Of a DNA stretch of 28,757 nucleotides, positions 1-7,690 are shown piece after piece. Below the pieces are notes generated by a model. The model saw only the letters and a list, made by a program, of their open reading frames with translations, ran no database searches and had not been told where the DNA came from. The translations under genes were made by a program, and so were the position numbers. This stretch comes from Candidatus Thorarchaeota archaeon (GTDB lineage: Archaea; Asgardarchaeota; Thorarchaeia; Thorarchaeales; Thorarchaeaceae), in contig JBHLQM010000012.1 of NCBI GenBank assembly GCA_048884785.1, forward strand, positions 1 to 28,757. The letters run 5' to 3'. The first letter of the stretch is position 1, and each line of letters opens with the position of its first letter.

Positions 1-117
1 ATTAACAACCTCATCATGTTCTGAAAGCGATTAAAGTGGTCCGTGATTCGGTTTGGAAAGACTCATCTTGAAGTTCGCGAATAACTACCGTTTGAATTCA
101 GGAGAGATTAGACATAG

Positions 118-1599
118 ATGGAGCCCCTTGGCACGATCACCATGTACTATCAGTTCCTTGACAGGGAGATAGTTGACATCCTAGATGGATTCATGAAAGA
201 AGCAAAAGATTATCGAGATTTCTGTGAGCGACTTGTAGAGTATGTCGTTAATGAGGATGTGGCAACTGAACTTGCGTATCTTGCAGGAGTCCACGTTTGG
301 AACATTGGTAGTTGGGATTTGGGTTCTAGACTAAGACCCAAGTTCGGAAATACAACACATATGCTTGGATGGATTTGGAAAACCAGACGTCGTGAATGCT
401 ATGAGAGTCTCGATAAATGGGCAGAAGTCGTGCTCTCTGAGAGTTATCAGGATTGGATAAAACCAGGGATATGCTATGAAATTACCAATTTTACCGGACG
501 GTTTCCAATCCTTGAGGAATCCAAGTACCTAAACATGGGAATGGAGATTATACAGGCGAATCCCAAATTGGAATGCTTCCTGTCATATCTACTTGATTCT
601 CAAGGTATGATGAATTCGCAAGAAGGAAGACTTCGGGATGCCATTTCTTGCCTAGAGGAAGGAGTAAGAGTTGCAGAGAAATATGATGACAGATATCAAG
701 CGTCAATCCTCCTTTTTCATCTTGGAAGGCTTAAAATCAGTATAGATGCAAATGCGTCCTGGAAATACTTCGAAGAATCATATCGAGCTGCTGATTCCAT
801 TGGTCATATTCAAGGAGCTGCATTTGCGACATTAAGCATGGGACATGTTGCTTTTGTGAGAGGAGAGTATGATTTAGCCAATCAGTCTTATTTCAGACAT
901 AAAGAAATGTGTGTTAATGCTGGAGTTTGGGATGGAGACCGCAACGCCCTATATCGAGCTCGGGCATATTATAGTATGAGGGAAGGGCAAGATGCATTGG
1001 TATGGGCTGAAACCGCAATTCAGGAGCTGTCATACGCGGATGGCACTCCAATACCTGAAACAGTGATTGGCATCATCGAAAAAGCTCGTGCATTAATCCA
1101 GCTCGGACGATTGAACAAGGCCTCTGAACTGCTTGCCAATGCAAAGAAAACAGTACTCGAAGATGGGCGAGAAGACATACTCGGTCTATTCAAGTATGCA
1201 AGTGGTCTTCTAGAGGTATTCGAGGGGAGAACCCTAGAAGGCATATCTGATCTAGAAGAGGCTTTTGACATATTCGAACAGAGTTCGTCTGAATTATTAG
1301 TTGTACCTTGTCTCGTTGACCTTGTCAGAGCGGAAGTGCAGAATTATGACATTAGCGGCGATTTAGACACTTCCGGTCCTTGGATGACAAAACTCGAACA
1401 GCGAGCACGGGAGAGAGATTATCCGGGTATTCTCATGGAGCATGCACTCCTGAAGGCTGAGTTCCAGATGAAACAAGGTTCGTCTAGGGCAGCGAAAAAG
1501 ACCCTCACTGACGCATTGAATATCTACGACTCGCCGAGTGTCAAGACGCTGCGAAAGAGGATCGCAGATAAGCTTCAGAGCCTAATGATAGATGCATAG
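118..1599 (+). CDS. Tetratricopeptide-repeat (TPR-like) helical protein
   Basis: 493-aa ORF with GGAG upstream; repeated helical motifs such as 'GRLRDAISCLEEG', 'GEYDLANQSY' and 'LGRLNKASELLANA'; no catalytic motif seen. Confidence 0.75.
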   Translation: MEPLGTITMYYQFLDREIVDILDGFMKEAKDYRDFCERLVEYVVNEDVATELAYLAGVHVWNIGSWDLGSRLRPKFGNTTHMLGWIWKTRRRECYESLDKWAEVVLSESYQDWIKPGICYEITNFTGRFPILEESKYLNMGMEIIQANPKLECFLSYLLDSQGMMNSQEGRLRDAISCLEEGVRVAEKYDDRYQASILLFHLGRLKISIDANASWKYFEESYRAADSIGHIQGAAFATLSMGHVAFVRGEYDLANQSYFRHKEMCVNAGVWDGDRNALYRARAYYSMREGQDALVWAETAIQELSYADGTPIPETVIGIIEKARALIQLGRLNKASELLANAKKTVLEDGREDILGLFKYASGLLEVFEGRTLEGISDLEEAFDIFEQSSSELLVVPCLVDLVRAEVQNYDISGDLDTSGPWMTKLEQRARERDYPGILMEHALLKAEFQMKQGSSRAAKKTLTDALNIYDSPSVKTLRKRIADKLQSLMIDA

Positions 1600-1661
1600 G
1601 GTGATTTGACTTCAGAAGAGCAATACAAAATGAAGATTCTTTGGGAAGTGTTGTGCGGGGT

Positions 1662-1792
1662 ATATTCCTTTATCCATAACACTCAAAGCAAGGAGATACT
1701 TCTAAAAATAGTCTTGGAGAGTTTGCGATAATGTCAGTTGAAAAGATTAAGAGCTGGTTGGATTCACTTGATGCAATCTATGAGCTGATTGA
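1662..1792 (+). repeat. Direct repeat copy 1 (131 bp): upstream region and first 20 codons of the YbjN-like gene
   Basis: Matches 3887-4017 at offset 2225 with 3 substitutions (1671, 1688, 1709), all upstream of the ATG. Confidence 0.95.
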
Positions 1793-1895
1793 TGGGATGA
1801 CCAATGAGCTCGGATATCTTGCACTCTATCTCATTCCAATTTCTGTACTATTAATACACCTTCAGTACCCGTCATCATTCACCTATTATGTTTAA
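1731..1895 (+). pseudogene. Truncated/chimeric copy of the YbjN-like gene (54 aa)
   Basis: Manual translation MSVEKIKSWLDSLDAIYELI-DGMTNELGYLALYLIPISVLLIHLQYPSSFTYYV*; first 20 aa identical to ORF 3956, remainder unrelated. Confidence 0.7.
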
Positions 1896-1984
1896 TTTAT
1901 AGGTGCTTTTCTACCCTCAACCCATAGCATACTCTGAATATACCACTCTAAGAAAAAAAAAGCGTTACTGTGTTCATAAACGGA

Positions 1985-2045
1985 CATAGTATTGCGGGAA
2001 ATGATAGTTTTCGAAAGTATCATATCTGATTAGAACAATACTATG
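1985..2045. promoter_or_regulatory. Nested inverted repeats upstream of the DUF3303-like gene
   Basis: catagtattg (1985-1994) / caatactatg (2036-2045) is a perfect pair; inner atgatagttt-tcg-aaagtatcat (2001-2023) has one mismatch. Confidence 0.5.
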
Positions 2046-2068
2046 CCTTGCCTTCATGTGGTGATAAA

Positions 2069-2356
2069 ATGAAGTATATAGTATTCTGGGAATATGATCC
2101 AAACGAGATAGAAAAGGCGGTTAAGAAACTCAAGGAATTTCGAGAAGAGGTGAAGAAAGAACCTGCATTGTATGCCAAACCACTCACTGCAAACTACACT
2201 ATGAGTGTTGGTTTCAAAGGATTCCAGCTCTTCGAAGCCGAAACTCCTGAACAGCTTGCACGGATGGTTCTTCACTATAGACCTGAAGTGAAATTCGAGA
2301 TTGTGCACATTACTGAAACGAAGAAGACTGTTAATCTCTTCCAGGAAATGAAATAG
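2069..2356 (+). CDS. Small DUF3303-like protein
   Basis: GGTGA at 2060-2064 favours ATG 2069 over the track's TTG 2048; 'MKYIVFWEY...GFQLFEAETPEQLA...KFEIV' pattern. Confidence 0.65.
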   Translation: MKYIVFWEYDPNEIEKAVKKLKEFREEVKKEPALYAKPLTANYTMSVGFKGFQLFEAETPEQLARMVLHYRPEVKFEIVHITETKKTVNLFQEMK

Positions 2357-2491
2357 CTTCTAACCCCAACAACCTCACCAAGCGTCAAATCCATGACCTC
2401 ATCATTGAAAATGGAATAAGATAAATAGGGGAGGCACTCAAGATTGTCCCAACTGGTAGTAGGCTTGTGAACTTGCTAGCTACAATGAGGA

Positions 2492-3787
2492 ATGTATTTG
2501 AGGCGAAATGGACAGTTCTTGACTCTGTTCCTGATTGGCTTATTGATTGTGCCATATGTAGGACTTCTGGTTGATGTTTCTCCAAATACTCATCAAGATT
2601 CTAATTTTGAGAATAACATAACTCTCGCACAGACTGGATGGCTGACAGGTTGGCAGTACAGAAAATCACATACGATGACCGGGTCTGCTGGTGCTGAGAC
2701 TGACTATCAGGTCCGAATCACTGTGCATCGAACGACTGGGATTGATTCAGGAGAGAACATCTATGTTGGTTCAAACTGCAAGACAGACTTCGGAGACATC
2801 AGGTTCACCAGTGACGACGGTGTCACCCTTCTGGACTACTGGATGGAGGAGCTAGCCTCAGAAAACGCTAGCTTCTGGGTCGAGGTCAAGGAAAACCTAG
2901 ATACGAATCAAGGCATCCATGTATACTATGGAAATACTGAGGCAACGAGTGCTAGTGATGGAAGCGCGACTTTCATCTTCTTTGATGATTTCGAAGATGG
3001 TACACTTGATGGTACAAAATGGGACGCTTTTGGTCCTTGGACTGAATCCGGCGGGATGGCTACATTCTCAATCACTAGTACTGGTGATGCAATAGACTTT
3101 CCATCAATAAGGACAAATAGTGCGTGGAACATGCGGAACAAAGCATTTGCCGCCAGATGGCAGTTTGATGAGAATTCGGTTAACCGACAGTTTGGCATGA
3201 GTTGTTCAACCGATAACGGAGCAATGCTCTCCTATTTCATTGGAGGAACATATAGTGATACTGTAAGTGACGTATACTTCGATCTAAATCATGCCTCCAG
3301 CGGGTACGACCATGATGCTAATGTGATTATGGATTGGCCAGTTGACACTTTTTTCCGAACCGAGTTCATCAGTACACCCGATGGTCCAACAAAGAATGAT
3401 TGGCGGCTGGATTTTGATTCGGTCAGTACCTATAATGGCGGTTTCTTCAGCACCGATTTACAGAGAATTCGTCTTGCTTTCTATGCGCATGGTTTCCACT
3501 CTCCCTTAGGAGCAGGAACTCTCACAATGGACTTTGATTGGGTTTACTTGAGAAAGGCTATTAGCACAGAACCAATTCACAGTTCATGGGGCTCAGAAGA
3601 ATCACAAGCAACCACCACGAGTACAACTTCAACCACAACTACTCCAATTCCAACGGGACCTTTTCCACAAGACATTCCCATATTTCTCATCATTGCAATC
3701 ATCTCGCCAGTAATCATCGTTGTCCTTGCGATTGGATGGTATCTAAGAAGTCGTGGGCGCATTGAAACTTCGTTTGGCTATGGGTAA
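2492..3787 (+). CDS. DUF2341-domain cell-surface protein with Thr-rich linker and C-terminal TM anchor
   Basis: N-terminal hydrophobic signal; 'WQYRK...DYQV...DFGDIRFT..DG.TLLDYW.E...FWVEV...VYYGN...TFIFFDDFE' signature; TTTSTTSTTTT linker; TM followed by RSRGR. Confidence 0.8.
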   Translation: MYLRRNGQFLTLFLIGLLIVPYVGLLVDVSPNTHQDSNFENNITLAQTGWLTGWQYRKSHTMTGSAGAETDYQVRITVHRTTGIDSGENIYVGSNCKTDFGDIRFTSDDGVTLLDYWMEELASENASFWVEVKENLDTNQGIHVYYGNTEATSASDGSATFIFFDDFEDGTLDGTKWDAFGPWTESGGMATFSITSTGDAIDFPSIRTNSAWNMRNKAFAARWQFDENSVNRQFGMSCSTDNGAMLSYFIGGTYSDTVSDVYFDLNHASSGYDHDANVIMDWPVDTFFRTEFISTPDGPTKNDWRLDFDSVSTYNGGFFSTDLQRIRLAFYAHGFHSPLGAGTLTMDFDWVYLRKAISTEPIHSSWGSEESQATTTSTTSTTTTPIPTGPFPQDIPIFLIIAIISPVIIVVLAIGWYLRSRGRIETSFGYG

Positions 3788-3886
3788 AGAGGCTCTCACT
3801 GAGAGAATTTATCAGAATCATGAATAAAGAATGAAAAAGATTCATGTCCAACCTATGAGATTCTAAAAGCGCGTCTTCTGATAAGC

Positions 3887-4017
3887 ATATTCCTTCATCC
3901 ATAACACTCAAAACAAGGAGATACTTCTAAAAACAGTCTTGGAGAGTTTGCGATAATGTCAGTTGAAAAGATTAAGAGCTGGTTGGATTCACTTGATGCA
4001 ATCTATGAGCTGATTGA
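3887..4017 (+). repeat. Direct repeat copy 2 (131 bp), the intact gene start
   Basis: 128/131 identical to 1662-1792. Confidence 0.95.
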
Positions 4018-4369
4018 AGACATCAACACTTTTGATTTGAAATGGGATGTTGAAGGCACCATATTCGATGTTCGAATTACAATTCGTGCTGACAAATGGA
4101 TTCATGTCGCAGTGCGTCTTCTTAAACCCGAAGAAATTCCAGATGAGAGTAGGCAGGAGCTTTATGCTTTCTTACTTACTGAGAATTGGATGCTCGATGA
4201 TGTAACATACTCAATGGATGAAAAAGGCAATCTTTACTCCGAGAATGATATTCCCGAACAGACGAATTTTGAGAACTTTAAGAGCGAACTTGATGCTGTC
4301 ATCCTCGGTCTTGAACGTTTTTACACAATGGTATCCAATCGATTTGGAATTGAACCAAGTGGCAACTAA
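3956..4369 (+). CDS. YbjN-like (T3SS-chaperone fold) protein
   Basis: 137 aa, acidic; 'LYAFLLTENW.LDDVTYSMDEKGNL' resembles the YbjN/CesT pattern; GGAG upstream. Confidence 0.6.
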   Translation: MSVEKIKSWLDSLDAIYELIEDINTFDLKWDVEGTIFDVRITIRADKWIHVAVRLLKPEEIPDESRQELYAFLLTENWMLDDVTYSMDEKGNLYSENDIPEQTNFENFKSELDAVILGLERFYTMVSNRFGIEPSGN

Positions 4370-4466
4370 GATAAAGCAAGACAGTGTAGTTCCAACAGAT
4401 TTCAAGTTTGAATAGGTGATTTTCTACTGCTCACTTAGTCAACACAATGCTCTATTTGATTATCAA

Positions 4467-5117
4467 CTAAAATCCAGTTATATTTGAGAAAAACCAGATC
4501 ATCAAGACAACGAGAAATCCTGCTGCCAATGTCTTTAGTCCATAAATGATTGCGTTGCTTCTGGAAACTCTTCCTAGGTAGAGCCCCAGCACGAACAAAA
4601 TCCCCATTGCAACAATGACCGATAGTAAGAATGTAAATCCAATCTCTAGTCCAAAGAATACCAAGAATAGTGGGGCGGTTGCTGCAAGGGCTGCAAGAAA
4701 CGGGGAAAGGCCATTGATTAATGACACAACGATTGTTGTTGTCCTTGTTGCTTTTACAATAACACTACCATCAAGACTCCTGAGCAGTGAACGTTCCAGT
4801 TCCTCGATTTCCCTTTTTCGTTCTGCTCCTTCTGCAAGATATGATGATGTAATTCCTGATATTAGCATCGCAAAACTAGTTGCGAAGATAGCAAGAACGG
4901 ATGTTTCGAAAATGACTCTAGATTCCTGAAAAGCGAGTGATGCAAACCCACCCATGATTATTCCCAGGACGGGAAGAATGCCGTCGAAAGCATTCATTGC
5001 TAGATATCTTCTTGCAATCTCTGTGCCGTGGGTTAGCTTCAATTGAGCTCTAATTCTATCCAAGATTCCACAGGTTTCATCAAAGTATATTGGATCACAT
5101 TGTGTTTCGTCTGACAA
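4467..5117 (-). CDS. VIT1/CCC1 family Fe/Mn transporter
   Basis: 'RRYLAMNAFDGIL', 'SSYLAEGAERKREIEELE', about 5 TM segments. Confidence 0.8.
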   Translation of the reverse strand: MSDETQCDPIYFDETCGILDRIRAQLKLTHGTEIARRYLAMNAFDGILPVLGIIMGGFASLAFQESRVIFETSVLAIFATSFAMLISGITSSYLAEGAERKREIEELERSLLRSLDGSVIVKATRTTTIVVSLINGLSPFLAALAATAPLFLVFFGLEIGFTFLLSVIVAMGILFVLGLYLGRVSRSNAIIYGLKTLAAGFLVVLMIWFFSNITGF

Positions 5118-5383
5118 TTTATCTTGCTTCCAAATACTGCTCTCCTAGTATATACTATATTCTTGTGGAACCTGCAATTTCTGATAACTCGATCAAAGAA
5201 TAGTTACCACCATAGGAACACCTGTAATTAGACATGCTTATCATGACAATCAATGGTGAAGGGTTTTACTATATACTAATTCTGAAGATAGCGAAGATGC
5301 TATAGAAACTTAATTACTAATTTTCTTCTTGGCTACCCACGATTCAATAGCAATATCCTTTGGGTATCTGCGAGGTAAGAAAT

Positions 5384-6490
5384 TTGAAATCAAGGAAACT
5401 ATATAGCTTGCTTGTAGTCTGTGGATTCTTTTTGACGGTCTTGTTTGCAGCTCAAAATATTCAGGCACAGCCTACGCCAGACCTCATTGCATCCAGAACT
5501 ACAGCGACAATTACCATCGATGGCCAAGACTCGGAAGCAGCATGGTCCGATGCAGAACCTCTCATTATTTCAAATGTTGACGGTTCTGGGGTAAATGTTC
5601 AACTGAAGGCCCTAAGTGATGGAACATATCTGTACCTCTATGCCGAATGGAACGACGATACAGAGAGTAATACGCGCAGAGCGTGGTCCTTCAATGGAAC
5701 ACATTGGTCCAACATAGGCGGCAATGAAGACCGTATAGCCATCATATGGAGTGTTAATGACGCAGATGTTGTCTGTGGCCATGATCCAAATACAGCTGAT
5801 ACTATGCTCTTTGATGTGTGGCATTGGAAAGCCTCTCGAACAGCACCAGCTGGATGGGCTGACGACAAGTACTGGGATGGAACCGGAAGACATTCTGATA
5901 CATTTTCTGCTGGAGGCGTTTCAAGTAACTCAGTTGTTGCTCAAGCGAGCGATGCAGCAGCTATTACTACTGCACTCGGTAATAGTTCGCCTGTGACTGC
6001 ATTCAGCAATAATGATCGACCATATTGGGATAATTCTGGGAGTGTGATTAGTTGGAGTGGCGGCGTTAATGCAACGCCAATTGGAAACCTCATCAATGGT
6101 TACAAAACGGTAATTCCCACTGGTAGTAACGGTGATGTGCTTGCAGAGTCTGTATATGAGGAGGAAAGCAGCACCTTCATGTGGCATGTTGAGTTTAAGC
6201 GTGCACTTGATACAGGAAATTCTGCGGATGATATTACTTTCGAGGAAGACACTCTTGCATCATTCTATGTGGCTATCTTCGATAATACTGGAGATGACGG
6301 TCACTTTAAAGCAGGGGGAAGCTCACCAACAGAGTTTACTCTAAATATACCATCACCTACTACAACAACTCCAACCACACCAACAACACCAACAGCTCCT
6401 GCTCCTGACAATCTTATTCTCTATGCAGGCATTGCAGGTCTGGGGATTGTGATTGTTGTAGTTATTGTGGTTTTGCTGAAAAGGAGATAG
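5384..6490 (+). CDS. Surface-anchored EB_dh-type (DOMON/CBM9-like, putative heme b) protein
   Basis: GAGGT at 5372 favours TTG 5384; signal peptide; 'ITIDG....AW', 'LYLYAEWND', 'EDRIAIIW', 'DVWHWKASRT', 'WHVEFKRALDTG'; TTP linker, TM, KRR tail. Confidence 0.7.
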   Translation: MKSRKLYSLLVVCGFFLTVLFAAQNIQAQPTPDLIASRTTATITIDGQDSEAAWSDAEPLIISNVDGSGVNVQLKALSDGTYLYLYAEWNDDTESNTRRAWSFNGTHWSNIGGNEDRIAIIWSVNDADVVCGHDPNTADTMLFDVWHWKASRTAPAGWADDKYWDGTGRHSDTFSAGGVSSNSVVAQASDAAAITTALGNSSPVTAFSNNDRPYWDNSGSVISWSGGVNATPIGNLINGYKTVIPTGSNGDVLAESVYEEESSTFMWHVEFKRALDTGNSADDITFEEDTLASFYVAIFDNTGDDGHFKAGGSSPTEFTLNIPSPTTTTPTTPTTPTAPAPDNLILYAGIAGLGIVIVVVIVVLLKRR

Positions 6491-6513
6491 ATGTATCGAG
6501 GATTTCTCTCTCT

Positions 6514-6556
6514 AAAAAGGTGGTGAGGACCTCCAGTCCTCACCACTCCTTTTTTT
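6514..6556. terminator. Bidirectional hairpin terminator candidate between convergent genes
   Basis: Perfect 11-bp stem gtggtgaggac/gtcctcaccac with 5-nt loop, A5 on the left and T7 on the right. Confidence 0.7.
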
Positions 6557-6572
6557 GTACCAAATGGGACAA

Positions 6573-7484
6573 TCAAAGAATAATGACGACCAGAAGAACA
6601 CCAATGACCGTCAGCAAAGTACCAATTGCTACATTTCTATTAACATCTTCATCCAAGTATATGACCGACAATGGCGCAGTAAGCATGGGTCCTGATGCCA
6701 CTATCAGGGAGGTCACTGTTGCCCCGATGAATTTCACAGCAAAACTGTAGGTAATAAGACTGAATCCAAGAGCTACAACTCCAATCATTAGCGCAAAGAG
6801 TATGGATTTTCTACTGGGATACGTTCGCTTTCCTCGTACGGAGAAGAGGAAGACAGGAACAAGTATCAAAGAAGCGGCAAGGATTCTGTAGAAATTAGCT
6901 GAAGCTGCTTCAACTCCTATTAATCCAAACTGAAAAACAACATCACTCGTCGCCCAGCAAATCAATACAAGAAAAGCCAGAACGAGTCCCTTCTTCAAGT
7001 CTTTTGTGTTCCAGCGTTTATCAATCATATTTTCATCCTGCTCAGCCAGAGCAATCAAGACCACACCAGAAACCACAATGAAGGCTCCAATGACTCTTTG
7101 AGGAATAACAGGTTCACCAAGGAAGACCGCAGCCAAGAGATACACCAACAAGGGATAGCTCATCGCTATTGGGAATGCTCTTGCGACACCAATTCTCTCT
7201 TGACTGTAAAAGTACATACCATCTCCTATCAGAACTCCGATGATCATAGAGAAAACAAGAGGAAATAGGGAATTCATTGGAACCACGGGTGTAATAGACC
7301 CTGAGGCCACCACTGCAAAGATGTAGGCGACTGGCAAACTAACCCACATCCGGGTAAACATGATGTCCATGACGCTGATGTCTTCACTCATCTTCTTGTA
7401 GAGAAGGTTTGTCGCCCCAAAGGATATCATTGCAAGTAGAGCACTGAATACACCAAGGACGTAGATATCGAAGATGAGTTGCAT
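6573..7484 (-). CDS. EamA/DMT family transporter
   Basis: About 10 TM in two repeats; 'IGVARAFPI...YPL...FLGE' and 'IGATVT...P...IYLDE' motifs. Confidence 0.9.
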   Translation of the reverse strand: MQLIFDIYVLGVFSALLAMISFGATNLLYKKMSEDISVMDIMFTRMWVSLPVAYIFAVVASGSITPVVPMNSLFPLVFSMIIGVLIGDGMYFYSQERIGVARAFPIAMSYPLLVYLLAAVFLGEPVIPQRVIGAFIVVSGVVLIALAEQDENMIDKRWNTKDLKKGLVLAFLVLICWATSDVVFQFGLIGVEAASANFYRILAASLILVPVFLFSVRGKRTYPSRKSILFALMIGVVALGFSLITYSFAVKFIGATVTSLIVASGPMLTAPLSVIYLDEDVNRNVAIGTLLTVIGVLLVVIIL

Positions 7485-7690
7485 TTGAGATTCAGCAAAA
7501 GAATGTCACCTAATAATATGTCGTCTTGATTTTGTTGCCCAACCTGAAGAAGATAAGGCGTTTTCACTGATAGAGAACCAGGTATTTTTTTGCCAAGATA
7601 TTTATTGTAGGATCCTATATTGAAACGCCCGAGCATAGGATAAGGCTGGTCTCTGTGATAATCTGTATTTAGGACAACTCTTATTTAACT

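Noticed and set aside
1793-1885. Minus-strand AGGTGA-ATG start (MMTGTEGVLIVQKLE*)
   Set aside because: Stops after 15 codons and readthrough gives nothing recognisable.
2001-2030. SECIS or C/D-box sRNA (ATGA...CTGA within a stem)
   Set aside because: Spacing is too short, box C is imperfect, and no convincing in-frame TGA selenoprotein lies nearby.
4-2377. 10-bp match aacaacctca at 4-13 and 2368-2377
   Set aside because: Matches of this length are expected by chance in 29 kb.
1662-4017. The 131-bp repeat pair as a diversity-generating retroelement template/variable pair
   Set aside because: Only 3 mismatches, not consistently at adenines of one copy, all non-coding and at a gene's 5' end; no reverse transcriptase in the window.
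6350-6405. Short tandem repeats (aca/cca), also near 3610, 8920 and 14295
   Set aside because: They encode Thr/Pro linkers and have no repeat-spacer structure, so they are not CRISPR.
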